From Styela clava (lineage: Eukaryota), in NCBI RefSeq assembly GCF_964204865.1, contig NC_135255.1, positions 3,162,001-3,226,000 on the forward strand: a DNA stretch of 64,000 bases, in the 5' to 3' direction. Below the pieces are notes generated by a model, which was not told where the DNA came from, did no database searches, and saw only the letters and a list, made by a program, of their open reading frames with translations. Of this stretch, positions 24,701 to 38,700 are shown one piece after another. Each line of letters begins with the position of its first letter. The first letter of the stretch is position 1. Both the position numbers and the translations under genes were made by a program.

Positions 24701-26818
24701 AGAGTTCCGAAATAGGCGATGGGAAGAAGTTTTAAAAAAAGGATGTGAACTACTGATCTAAACTGAAACCGTTTTCTCAAAATTATTCCATATAGTTAAT
24801 GGTCAGATTTGCGCAAAATACAGAAACTCAATGTATTATTGTTGAGAGACTGTGCTATTACAATACAAATGCATGTTATAAAATTCGATTTTGCGACTTA
24901 ACAGAGTGTTTCAATATTTCTTAGATATTCACTGCGATGAATTTCAAATGGAAAGAACCAAATGCATGACTTCGGAGTCATGCCCAGAAATTGAAAGGTT
25001 GGACAATTTTGGAACACAACATTGCGAGTACTCAGAATGGTCAGAATGGATGCCATGTTCCGCCTCGTGTGACGTGGGAAACACTCTTCGGAAAAGATTC
25101 TTGAAAAGTAATTTATCAGAACAACATAGCAATCTTGTTGTCAAATGAAACAGAAAGTTTTAATTTAGACTGAAATAGAAATCAGATATTTTGCACATTA
25201 ATTCAATCATATATCTGATTCAAAATTGTGTTGAACAAACGTTAAATTTATTTTTTTAATTTATTCAACACAGAAACTAACACTGTGGCGAATTGTGAAG
25301 AACTCCATATGGAGACAGTACAATGTTACATGCCACCATGCAGTGTAATGATTCCAAAAGAAGACTCACTGCCACATGCAACACAGAAAAGCTGTATTTA
25401 CGGGGAGTGGACGGCATGGATGCCATGTTCCGTGACGTGTGGAAGAGGTAGCTACAGCTACTACTATATTTTGACATTGTGTTTTATCTTTCTTTCGGAT
25501 ACCTTTTTGTCGTAATAATTATAACGGAAGATTCAATCATTGTAGAAAAATTATAATACGGAAAACAAATTTGTTGATCATTTAAGATCATATAAACTGA
25601 GACTTAAAAAGAGTATATATGTTTTTTACTGAGCTAAGTAATTTATTACCCGGTGTGACGTAGGAGACTAATATTAGACCAATATCAATCAACATCTGAA
25701 GGTTTTTAAGAAATATTTGAAAATAGAGAATTATCTTTATTTATTACAATTCATTTTTTGTTTCAATCTTTCATTCTACAGGAGAAACTTTACGCAAACG
25801 CTTTCTCAAAAAATCTCTCGATATTTCTCAAACTTGTGATGGATTTGAAATGGAAACAAACAGATGTACTGTACCAGGGAGCTGTGAAGTAGTAGGTGAG
25901 ATGTGAACTGTGTAGTGTATATTTACGAATCTGCCTAAAGTCGCGTCGCAATAATTCGAAGATTATTCAGTAATAAATTGTAAATCTACGTCTATGAAGT
26001 GTTTCAGGCTATCTGAGGGTCCAGAAAAGCGAAGGACAAAGATACACAATGTTATGTTTGTTAGTATTTACAACGTAGATTCTAAAAAAATATGAATCAT
26101 ACTGTATGGATGGAGTATTCAAAAGATTTAACTGTCAAAGAAAGTCATATTAAGGCTCACTCAGACATTTTTAAACGTTTAAAAACCTTTATTTTATGGA
26201 AGTACCTAAACATGAGGATGTTGTGACGGACTGGTCTTCATGTTCTGTTACCTGTGGATTTGGTGAAAAATCTAGAACAGTAATAAAAGAAAATTGCGAC
26301 TCAGAAGATTGCAAAGTTGTGGAAATAGAGGAATGTTTTGTGGATGCAAGATGCCGTACGTTATTTCACTTATTATTTCAGCTGCTAAAATACATGCATG
26401 TTTGTTTAATTAACGACTATATCACTAAAGATAAAAAAACGTATATAAGAATAAAAAAAGTCAATCTTTTGGAAAGAAATGTCCACATGCCTGGGTACTG
26501 TACAATACGTGTTTAATATTATAATGTTATCTTACTATTGGAAAAATCAACCATTTTAGCCATTTTTTAAATTTTTATTTACCACTTCGATTTACATATT
26601 TTTTGCGATATCCAGCCGTTGATTGTCAACTTAGTGATTGGAGTGAGTGGTCTCCTTGTCAAGGATGCGAACCGAAATCTGCTAGACATCACCGAAAGGT
26701 CGCAACATCTACTAAATCATTTCAAGTGAGGAAAAGAGAGAGGTTGATTAAACCAAAACTGGGTGGAGCCAAATGTGGAAGGCGAAAAGAGCGTAGAAAA
26801 TGCGTGTGCCCTTCTTGA
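18745..26818 (+). CDS. SPON1: F-spondin (spondin-1-like): signal peptide, reeler domain, spondin_N domain and eight thrombospondin type-1 repeats, about 17 coding exons
   Basis: MKSFCFLMQIMCVV signal; reeler motifs (GFSVKIEG.PEYY, FRGFALAA, FVWDSP..GCVQFKA); spondin_N motifs CCSCGSAQYRMTFYGLWSPQTHPKDYP, HWSNVIGASH, GVKKVAEWG, LLTMLGPSPDWNVG, PWDAGTDSGVSY; repeated WSxWxxCxxTCG; basic C-terminal TSR ending CVCPS*. Confidence 0.92.
19390..19640. mobile_element. Helentron-associated (HINE/DINE-like) non-autonomous element in F-spondin intron 1; boundaries approximate
   Basis: CCAAAATC..CAAAAATTTGGAGCAGAT..GAGATATCGCG core, then an ACAA/ACAG microsatellite and a terminal palindromic CTTACCGATCAAGATCGATAGGTAA, the usual HINE layout. 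Confidence 0.45.
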
Positions 26819-28483
26819 GAACACAACGACAATGTCTCTACTGAAGTAGGCTCAAGCGTGGAATACTAAGCTACAGAATAGTTCTATGTGAGACGGTTCA
26901 ATCTATTTGGAAACAGAAATACCAATTGCTGTAATAATAACTCATGTATTATGTGCCTTAGCCTCGAATATTAAAAATATCTGCAAGAAGCTAATATCGC
27001 TTTGGACATTATCATTTTTTTCATATCATACTGTTTCATGCTGGTTGAACACGACTATGTTCGACATGTTTTAATAAGCACCCGTTTTCATTTGATTTAA
27101 ATAAATAACAAGTTATTTCTTCTATGAAGAAAAAATTAAACCGTCCTACAAAACATTGAGTGTTTTTAAACTAATTCTTTATTATAGATTATATCCTCAC
27201 AAAATCCAATTTTTATTAAATGCATTTGCAAGTAATTTCGAAGTGAAATAATTTTAATTACCGTATATTACTTCAGACGGTTGAATATGCGGTATATTGT
27301 CTGAACGTATGTGTTGACATGGAGATTAAATTTTAAGACGTAGAGCTGTAAGAAATGAACGTATGCGAATGAAATGAACTGTTTGAGAATGAGCATATTT
27401 GAAAGTATACATATATGCATTTTAAGAAGGTATCACAAAGAAGCGTGAAACGAAAATGAAACTGTTTGAAAGACTGCATTACGAATGGCATGAATGAAAA
27501 TACTGTAAATCTAAGTGTGACAATAATTTTGTAACACCATTGAATTCTGAGAATTGTACTTTATAATTTCAATGCAGTATTTTGCTTTAATACATTTATT
27601 TGCACAATAATTCTTGTCGATAAAATAAAGAATTACCAATAACGTGCCTCTATGTTTCATTTGCCAACACTGACCAAGCCAAGGGTTATCATTTAAGAAC
27701 ACTAGTCGATGAACAAGTCGTATATGTTATGCGAACATTAAACAACACATAATTACTGGTATCCAACAAATGTTACAAACAATTATAAGTAAATGTTAGA
27801 TGTAGAAAGATAAGTTGCAAGGTAAATACGTAGGTGATATCGCGAGAACGAGTTGTTGATGTATCCTAAAAAAAACGTAGTATTATATCATTTTGTTAAT
27901 TTATTGCGATTGTTCAGGATGCCTAAGAACTTGTGTCAGAACTATTGGAATGTTTGTCAGTATTTCACTTATAGAGCAGGGAGTGGAGGAAATATTCAAA
28001 ACTCATTGTTGGTATGGATCAATATGAACATATGGGTTTTCACATCATCTATCAGTAAATTGAAACGAACGTTTCTTGTATTGTGTGTAGATAAGCATTC
28101 CCGTCCTACACAGCGTAAACCGTGAACAAAAAGATGTTTTATTACACGCTAGTTAAATGTTTGAGTGCATTGATAATATTTGGAATTCAGTTTTGGATAT
28201 GCAATGAGTTCCATATTTTAATATACTTACAATGTTCCAGCTTTCAAAATTTTTCATGTGGGATGTATGAATAGATGAGATATTTTTCGCTAAAATATAT
28301 GCTAAAATATTGCTTAAATTTCCTCTCACTTATTTGTATTGATTTTGGGAATGTAGACCCAAAAAAGCGAGATCATGTACAGGATTAGCCATTGGTTTCA
28401 TAACAAAGACTAATACGTTGGAACCTGGTTATATTGGTCATTCATTTGTCTTAGCTTAAGCTAGACCAAGTTACATCACTCCA

Positions 28484-28800
28484 CAGTTGACATGGGCAAA
28501 TTACGTCCCGCGGTTCAAATCCGGCCCGTTGGGTAATTCAATCAGCCCGCCTGATGCTGATGCTGCCCCATCCGAACTAAAACCAAATTTTGAGGCCTTT
28601 GCTAAATAACAACTCAAGAAAATTTGCTGAAATTATGATTAAATTTAGCTATGGCACAAGGCTTATTGTTTTCACTTTTGCTTTTGTAACACTGTGAATA
28701 TTGTTAAAAAATGTAACTTGTTACGTCACACTTACATGGCCCTCCAGTCCAGTTGGGCAGAATTTTTAGCTCCTGGTCAAAAAACTTTGCACACCCCTAC
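28484..28800. mobile_element. MITE of the GGGCAAA..CGGCCCG (hAT/MER-like) type; related fragments at about 20035-20290, 47100-47172 and 47670-47710
   Basis: Left CATGGGCAAATTACGTCCCGCGGTTCAAATCCGGCCCG and right AAAACTTTGCACACCCCT form a degenerate TIR pair. Confidence 0.55.
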
Positions 28801-31800
28801 TGTACAGTGCACTATAGTATATAACTCTAATGTCATTACCCAGAGTAGAGTAATAAAAATTATTGTAAGGTTGGAAAGTGGGCGTTTTTACTTAATCTTT
28901 GTTTCTAGCGTGGACCGAGCCTTAACTTACATAAAACGCCAATTGTCGGCTATCATGTTTCATGTGTATTCGATAACTAATGAAGTTATGAGACACACTC
29001 AATCTCGAGGACCTTCGACAACCTTCAAATAGAGAGTCGCGCGCCACATTGTGTTTTAGTGCTTACAAAAACATTTAGTATTGGTTCTGTTACGCGATAT
29101 ATCGTATGCTAGATGCTGTGGCAAAGAATAGGCAATAGACAGAATGGCTTGATGTTATCAGCGTGTGAATGGTGCGCTATTGTGGGGTAATAACGCATAT
29201 TGTGGATCGATAATATCTGATTTATTGAAGTATAGGCCAATGGGTAATGGACGATCGCTCTTCTACTTTTCCATAAAGTAAACAGAAGAGGTAGCTAACA
29301 AATGAATATATACATAGTCTTATGGGATACAAACATGTATCCAACTACGCCGATTTTTTGCGAACGGGCAGGTGAAAAGGTTAATGGTTTATGAGCCTCC
29401 AAGATGTTTAGACAAGTTTAATTCACATGTTTTATGCACAAAACCTCTGTATGTTTGAGTATTACGAGAATATAGAATTCGTAGGTACAAATAAATGTAG
29501 TTCGAAAAAGTGCCCAAAACGATAGTCCAATTTATCATCGTACCATGGTTTTATGGTGTATGCTTGAGTTGACGAAAATCACCTGTTTTCATTAAGTCAT
29601 GGTCTACCGACTTCGCCGCCGATTTTCGAGATGAGCGAACTGTCTGTCAATAAACCGAACGTGATTCAACGAAGTTAACTGCTTTAAGATTAGCTGAACA
29701 ATAGTTTATAGGCCTTTACAAGGTTTTTAAATCTTGCTAGTGAGCCTTATAAAAAGGAGATGACAAGATTAGGCTTGAAGTTTTTCTTTGACAGCTATTT
29801 CGACATTGTGTATATACAGAAAGATTGAATAAAGGGGTATTGTGTAAATATTCAGGATATTATTCTCTGATTCGGGTATTGTATTCTTCTCGGTAGTGTT
29901 TCATAACCCGCCTGTTTTTTATGAATGCGTGTTCCAGCTTTAGAATATGATTTAAGATATAAATTTTAGTATTGTTAAAGATTTTTGAAAATAACATACC
30001 AAATACACACGTTGCAGGTATTTGTAAACACGGCGCTAACTGGGAAAATCGCTTAGCCGTAGGGTACGATACAAATCACCAGTATGGATTTCGCAAAGTA
30101 GTAAAGCATGATGGAAACCGGTGAATATGTTTCAATTTCACAATTATCAAAAATGTCTCGCATCCTAACACCTAAAAGTATTCTGCGATTTTCGTTTGCT
30201 CTCTTTTATACAGCCAGATGTTAGACTTTCTTAGTATCAGATTTTTCTGTAATGTTATAAAATAACTCCCCACCCGTAGAGTGGTTTTCTTGGAAACTAA
30301 AGACTGAATTGTACGGAACGCGTTTCTCTTGTCTGACGTAATCGAATAATGAACCGCTGTTTATGAAGTTAAGGTTAAAATGAGGCGAAAAAAATCTTTG
30401 TACGCGAAGTTGAATACCGTAGTTTATAAACAGTTGATATCCAATCACATTTTGGTGACCGGTAGCTCGTTGTTTCATGAAGCTGGCAATGACAGAAGTC
30501 ATATTAAATAATTATAGAATGCATACCTAGTTTCTTGTAATGGACATCGAGTTATGCCACTAGCCAATAGCAATAAATATTACAAGTAAATGTTATAGAA
30601 TTAGCAACGACGTATCAACGATAGCAATCAAGCCTCAAATCAAATAGCAACGTTATGCGGATGCTATAAGCCGTCATACTCTTCACTACAGATTGGGAAA
30701 ACATAAGAAATATGTACAGTATCTCGTCTGCAAATACTTGTATAACTCATTTATTTTTTGGATTCCATCACTCCTGTTTTAACGTTGGCCATTTGAATTG
30801 TCACAAAATGTAGTTTATTCAACCAACTTCCCGTTGTATAAGTAAGTTGTACTTTGCATTACTTCAGACTATTTGTTGCCTCGGGCATAACGCTTTTTAT
30901 CTCTCTGACAGATATATCTCAGAATTATAGAAATGTTTTTCGGCGTGGAAGATTATTCTTTGCTTGGCAGGCTATAAACGGACGTAATTCGAAGGTAGAG
31001 ATGTTATACTGTATGTACTTGATTTTATCTGTAGTATGTTAAGATCACAATTACGTGCGAAACATTTTTTTTTCGTTCCTATCCGATTAGATTGTTTAAA
31101 GGATTTGTCAGTCAAATCGACTTAATCTTTTGACTGACAACGCATTAGATCTTTTTAATTCGAGACTGGATTAGATGATTAACATTTTGTGCATAAGGCA
31201 GGCCGTTTCTATTTTCTGTTGTATTATAATTATAATCAGAATATAGTCGAGAAATAAGATAGAAAGAAATGTTGATACCATTTGTATAAGCTTGAATAGA
31301 TTAATATCAGAATGCTGTTTGGGGTTTTCTGGCTTCGGGGATTTTTATATCACTACAGCATAGCTGGATAGCATACACGAGACCAAGTTTTAAGTAAATC
31401 AATATGTATTCGGATATCAGTTTGCTATTGACTTATGGCAATATAGTGCAAAAATATTCAGATCCGACGCATCAAGTCTGTGTAATTTGATTAATTAACC
31501 TCTTGGATAAAAGTACTTGACGTTAACTTGAACTTATAGGCATGGATGAGTAGTATTTGAGGCACCCGTCTTATTTATCATTTAATTAGTCCGATTGCTC
31601 ACAAATTTTCACGCATACAGACGAAAAAACTGAATATTTTGTATGAAAAGGCAGCAAGTAAGTGTTGTAATTTGTACTGTTCATTATCGTGGTGCAATTA
31701 ACCGAAAGACAAGCTAAAGTAAAATATCACTCCACGATTTTTATTGAAATTTTATCAGACTATGAATTTAGATGTGCCGTGTGCATCGGATTTGCTACAA

Positions 31801-34800
31801 GGGAATTTGGGATGACAACGTCGAAAGCTCAATCTGTAAATGAGTGTTGGATTTAGAACCATTGCTTATGTACACACTAGAATGGTTAAATAGAACGTGC
31901 TGTTCGTACAAGTTGTGAAGGAAAAGAAAATGACTTTGTCAATATAACTTATATTTAATCAAAACCGCAAAATCACGGCTGTATTATATATTATAAAGCA
32001 TCCGCGTTTCACGATGATGACATAATGTCTGAAACATCGAACAGATTGTCGATGATGAAACAAATTTACAAAGCAAATATATCGGATAATTCCGAATCTC
32101 TGCTATTTTTTAGCAAATTTTAAAGTAAAGTATTTTTACTGATATCGTAATTGTTAACAATAAATAGGAAAATTAAATTTGCCAATATAACTATGAAGCC
32201 AACCTCTCGCAGCCATGTGCAACAAACACACTTCATAGTGTTATTATGAGTTGCGAAGAGGTTAAATAAATCTTTATAGTAACAAGGAAAAAGTGAACCA
32301 AAATAGTCAATATAGCCAGTTCTTTAAATCTTAGTTGATACAAGTCGCTATTTTAGCGTAGAAATCAGACGATTGTTACTTGCCAATTACTCCATCTTAG
32401 CTTTGTAGAGTTCATCACATTGATCCCAAAATAAGCAGCTATTCCTGTCCATAAAGCCCCTCTGTGACGTAAAAGACCATTTGTCAAGACTTTTGTATAC
32501 AATAAACTTACCTCAAATCACTTCGTTTAAAAGAGTAAAGTTGGTATATCGTGCTCGGCCAGACTCTGGGCAATCTAAGAATGATATAAACCAAGAAAGA
32601 TCAAATATGTTGCATTGGCTGCATACGGTATGCTGCACCGACACCAATTTCTCACGGATATCGGTTGCAAATTTTACCGATTCAAAATTCGAATAATCCC
32701 ATTTTTGTGAAATTGATCTTTTGAGGTCATAAATGACTATTGTATGTGAAACGTTTATCTTTGAATTGCGCGCGTTGGTTACATTCAAGTGGTTCGACGC
32801 AGCTCTCCCTCCTTTATTTGTGCGGCATGCACAAATGTGATCATGGCACTGATAGTGGTCAGAACAAATGAAACATGAGTAACCTATATCACCATATAAG
32901 GTTAATTCGTCTTCTGGTATATTTCTATAAGTTATTTTTGGGTATTGCAAAATAATGCTTATGTCTAACGAAAAAAGAGTGAAAATTATTTTACAAGCAA
33001 TTTTCGTTTTCACGATTTCATTAAATTTGCAATAAACAGGGTCGGGTATTGCTAACCGTATAAATTATAGTTCTCGAAGACATAGAAGTATCTTATTTCT
33101 CTGCGTACAAGTGATTGCTTGTGTACATGAATGTCCGGAGTCGTGGTTGTCCTCAAACTTAACTACGAAAATAAAAAATGGATTTAGTTCCATTATATAC
33201 CTTGGACATTTGACGTAATTGCAAGATATTCAGTGACAGTGGAACGTAGGCCACACCTATATTTACTTAACGAAAAATCTAATTGCCACTTTCAGTTTCG
33301 TCGCAAATTACAGGTTCGTGATTTATGCGCCGATAAGAAGGCAGGTTGAGATTTTGTATTGTATTCTTCTCAACTGTTGGGTAAAATGTTTTCATATTAA
33401 TGTTATGTCCTCCTACCACGTTATTTGGAAGAGGACGTATAATTTCGGCTTCTTAAGTAGCATGATAATTAAAAACGATTACGTAAGAGCTACCTTTAAT
33501 TTTGAAAGCGGAGTCTGACAAACTCGCGTGACCTTTTACCGTGGTTCAGAACATCGCCCGTTTTGTGGCCGAGTGGCATGTTTTAAATGTTTATCGCTCA
33601 TTTTACCGATGAACCTTGGTTGGTCGTTTGCTTTACGAAACGCTTGATTGATCGCCGGTTGAAATACCATGTAAGGATTGCGAGGTAATTTGAAATCAAT
33701 CACAATTTAAACCGGTGGGTAAATAATATACCTGGATGACTGTTTGGGCAAAAATATTTCTGATAAATTATATACATTATATAGCATGGCCGGATTATCA
33801 GACTCGCTGTTAAAATATGGCCCTCCGTGATTTGTGCTTGATTTCTAAATCAGCCATAAATACAGGTTGCGTTACTTGCGTATTACATCGCAACGTAATT
33901 CCGTTTACTATATCTACTGTACAGATCTGATATACATTGATTTGAATGGAAGGTGTTAGGTGTCTAGTTGAAGTTTGATATATTTCACAGAAGGTAATAC
34001 AGATAGATTATACTGTTGATAAAGGCCAAATTCCGGAGAAATTTGTCTCAGTTATCGTTTATCGTGTCATATACATATTTGCTGTATTCCGCGTAGACGT
34101 ATTTGTGGCTTCGGTTCGTAGAAAGGCTCTTGATATTTTGTGGAGAATTAAAGATCTCTTTCGACACTTTGCTTCTACCTCCAAGTGCGAGTGTTAATTC
34201 AAACAAGATCATTTGGATTTCGGATTTTCAGTTGTGTCCCCAGTATGAATATTTTAGTACCCAATCATAGCATCGACATTAAATGTAAAGTTTATCTAAA
34301 TTTGTTTTGATAGCGTTTTTACTAATCTGTGTGTATACTTAGAAAACTGTGCTCCGGCATGAACACATAGTAAGAATTGTTTTTTGTTTCAATATTTTAT
34401 AAAATATATTTCTTGTGGGTTATTTTAAAAATTCGAAGTGTATATGAAATAAAATGCGTCACTGATGGTCTCTCAATGGCTGGTCTTCTTTTCATGTACA
34501 AAGAAAATGTCTAAAAACCGTAGCAAAATCATTGTCTTTGCAAATGCCTGATAGTTCGGCATTCAGTGCACTATTTTTGCTGTCTTCGTCGACGACGATA
34601 ATATTGTGACTGATGGGCAATCGAGCGGTAAACGGAGGCAAATTTCGATGGATTAGTTATCAAAACATTTCCTAATTGGGTTCGGGAGCAAATGTTTTCA
34701 GTCCTTGTAAATTCTTATTCATTTTGATTAATGTATGGCAATTATATAAAATTTCAATCCATTTTCCCGTTTTGATAGCCATTTGAAACTTTCATTTACA

Positions 34801-35750
34801 AATATACTATCTTCTTATTTCATTTAATATTATTTAATACTGGCTTAAAATTAGATTCGACTGACCCCATAACAGACTATCGTTCGTGTCAAAATTTGGT
34901 CATAATTGACAAACGTAAATACGTCAAATTCTGTCATGCGAAACCGATTTGCTCTACAAATGCGTCACTGTTTGTATATGGTGTGTGTATTACAGTCTGA
35001 CTCTGCTATTCTTTTTCATTGAGATTTTTTTAACAACTCCTATTGCCCAATTTTCCAGTTTTTCTAAAAATACATTGCTATGTTTTGAATTTGAAACTCA
35101 TGAAAACTGGGAGGCATCGTAATAAAATTGTGATATTGGGATAAAAGTTGATTTAAATTTATTGGAAGTTTCACGAAACAAAGTTCGATGAATAATGAGC
35201 CATTCGAATTTGTTATATTAAATTAGGAATAGAACACCGCTTCTAAGCCATCGCGTAGTCTTACGAGCACGGTCATTGCCATCATGTCAAGTCCGGTCAA
35301 ATATTTTTGTATCGAATGATCTCATTGATCAAATAAATATAAATGCCCATTTGCGTTGATTCATAAAGAGTCACGGATTTTTGTTTGTATTTTCTCCCGA
35401 CCACGTCGACATGTAGGGAGTGTTTGTGGGAGCTACGGGCTCTAATGAAAGACAAAGGTATTTTGTTGGGCTACTGCCGTGCGCTATTTACTCGACGATA
35501 ATAGAATATCTTTTTGAGATTGTTGTAAATTTGGCGACTCACAATATTTTGTTTCGTTTCGAATTTTTTTACCGTTACCCTATTTTTTTGTCAGTTATGG
35601 TCGAATATTTAAAGTAATCGAAGTAGAAAAACACGCTGCCTGTCGGAACCACACCGTGATACAGGGAGAACGAAAACCGTAGGAGAGTGCAACAAGGCGC
35701 CCGCCTGACGCAAGACTGCAAAATTGTGCAAGGTACAAGAAAAAATTACG

Positions 35751-38700
35751 ATGGCTCTGGATAAAAAGAATTCAAAATACAAGCGTAGGCAGCGGGACAA
35801 GACACGATATCTCAGTTTCGTCAGTATATTGAGTCAGAACAGTATGTCCGCCGACGCCAACTGGAAAATGAGGTAAGATGTCTTGTTATTTTATTCGTAC
35901 AAGCGTGGGTGAATATACATATAAATTTATGTCAACAATTCAGTGAAATATTCAGTAGTAAATTATAAATTCAAAATTTTTTTAGAAATTTAGTTTCATC
36001 ACGAACGAAATTCGCCATAAATCAAAATTTCTCTTTCTCTAAATTTAAAGCATGAGCTGAAGTTTGAGCATTTTTTGAGTTGATGAATATGAGTCAATTT
36101 AATACGTAGTAAGCCTGATTGAATCGACTATATTTTATACCACATTTGGTGTGACAATACAGCCATAACCTATGACTGAATTCTACTCATACTGCCCACT
36201 CATTTGCGTCCAATTGAGTTTCAGTTTGAGCTGTCACATCAAATTTTCATTCATCAAAAATACTACAGACAGAGACAGGCAGTCGATAGATTGGGTCCTC
36301 ATTTATTGATCTAGCAGACTGACAATTACTTCAGACGAATTGTCGTAGATTTCATTAGAGAACAACTTACAAAAGCATCTAATGATTTAGAAATTTGTCG
36401 ATCTATCGGGGATGTTATTATCTGAATGACAGTCAGTCCAGGAGTGTTCCCATACTCTTTGGCGTGATAAAAAAAATTCTCGATTTTTTTCGAATTTATC
36501 AAAATCAAACCTCATAATGCATGGATTCAGTTGCGCCTGCTCGGAGAAAACAAGTAAAATGTTTAATAAAAATACTTCAAATGTAGCGATTGTTTACCAA
36601 TCATGTGACTTCAATGCAAAATGAGAAATCTTAAGGAATTCTTTAAAAACGCCCTTTTTAAATGTTCTGTATTATGCGAAACAAATGCTTGTAAATTTTG
36701 CGTTTTTATTTTGTAAAACGCTGAGTTATTTATTTCGATACTCTTCAGTACCTCTAATGTGCGTCCAAGAATTATAATTAACGATAATGCGCCTAAGGAC
36801 GGCACGTTAATGGGAAATATCTCGTATAGGTTGACCGCATAATAAGTTCTGCAAACAAATATGTATGTATTTTTGTATTATTTTACTATACCTTTCGTGG
36901 ATTATAGTATTCGTTACGCTTATTATTACACTGCCCTGGCGGATTATGGATGCAAAAATGTGATGCGAGATTAGAACAAGGACATGACATAGACATGAAA
37001 AAAACTCAACTAATTGTGGGGTAGACCATCATCTGCTTATTTACGCTGTAAAATGCATATATTAATAAATTAAAAGACTTTTTTCTTAAAATAGTAAACC
37101 TACACAATGTCGCTAAAATTTTAGTGAAACGCAAATTTCCTTTTAAACTATCGCCTGTTTATTAAAATAGAGTCCATATTGCCAACCCACCCTACTGAGG
37201 CTTCCATTTGCTATAAATGACCAGAATTTGTTGAGCTGCAGTAAAGTTTTGTAAAAGTCTAAATCAAGGATGTATGAACTGCCGAAATCTCGTCCAAATA
37301 AAACTTGTCGTGAAAGTGGATGACCCGTGATACCGTTATTTTAACTCCATCAAGCACTGGAGTTTTGTCTGGCGCCAGGTTTTATTTATATTTGAGGTTT
37401 TTGAAAACTCTCTTTTGTTAAGTTTCGTTCATGTGTAAGTCGCCAGCTAGCTCGTGTAACAAACTTCACCATGCCAATACATTTAATTCAATAGTCTGTT
37501 ATTCATACCGCCCTTTGCAGATTGTATTTACCTATAAATAAGAATTGGGAGTTTGAGACGCCCAAGAATGTTGTAATACAATTAAAAACATGAATAAATC
37601 TGCCCTGACTGAAGTATTGATCTTGTTTTTATAAATTTCAAGATAGTATCATACGAAAACTCCTTGAGGTTTCAATCTCTCCAGGAAAGCTGAAAGTTGT
37701 TCGTATTGGATTGTTGTGCTCACTATTTTTAAAAACGAAAGTACCATCGCCCTCGCATTTTTACCATTCTTCCGTGAAATGAGAAAAGAAACTGATAATA
37801 AAGAGTTTGGACAATTTGTTTGATTGCTTCATTGAACACCAGCTGAAGTAATACAATCATATTTGTGCTCCAAACATTTCCACATTGTATTCGAAACAGT
37901 AAACGAGGAAGGCTCATAGAATGTAAAAATTTCCCATACTAGCCCAACAGTATGATCTGCCAAATAAACTGATTTTGACAGGCCTTTTTACAAAAATTTC
38001 AGGTCACGCTTGCATTTTTATCATAAATTTGATATGGCCCAATTATGATTTAGTTCGCTCCAATTTTGTGTATTTTTTTTAATTTGATTCATATTTTGTT
38101 AACCAATATTTTTTTATCGGTTATATATATTTTACTTGTTTCAACTATATATCATTACTTTTTTCAATAATTCAATCATCAGTTATGACTTCTCTTCTGT
38201 ATAATAATAATAATTCAAATATCTTCAAGTTTATTATCAACTACCGAGTTTCATCAATTTAAATTTGAAAACCTGATCGAAAGCTTGAAATTATTGGTCA
38301 AGATTAAATGGATGTCCAGCAGTATCGTTTAGAAGAGGAAGATTATTTATCATCCAACACAAAGTAATCCATCCACATTCAGTTGTCACTTTATATTTAC
38401 ATATTCATTTTTAATCGGATTCCGGCCAAGCGTTGTTGTAATTTTATGCTGAACCAAGTATGGGAGGTCGATTTCATCGCCTGTCAGACGTTCATAACGG
38501 TGCTTTTAAGTTATCGGTCAATCTCAAGAATAATCAAGATGGTGGGCAATTGTTGCGATATGGTTCACACGCAATTATATGTCAAAACGTTCTCTCATTT
38601 CTGAACGTAAGTTTTCCCATATCCATGCTACTCGATCAATCAAATAACATGAATGGATTTCTGTGCTAGACATCTATGTTGTGCGTACGATGTTATGATC

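Noticed and set aside
27275-27500. Degenerate TGAACGTATG / AATGAACTGTTTGA repeats resembling an array
   Set aside because: Irregular spacing, no conserved repeat-spacer structure and no convincing frame on either strand; not CRISPR-like.
32513-33013. 166-aa minus-strand ORF with scattered Cys/His
   Set aside because: No domain pattern, non-ATG start and internal splice-like signals; not supportable as a standalone CDS.
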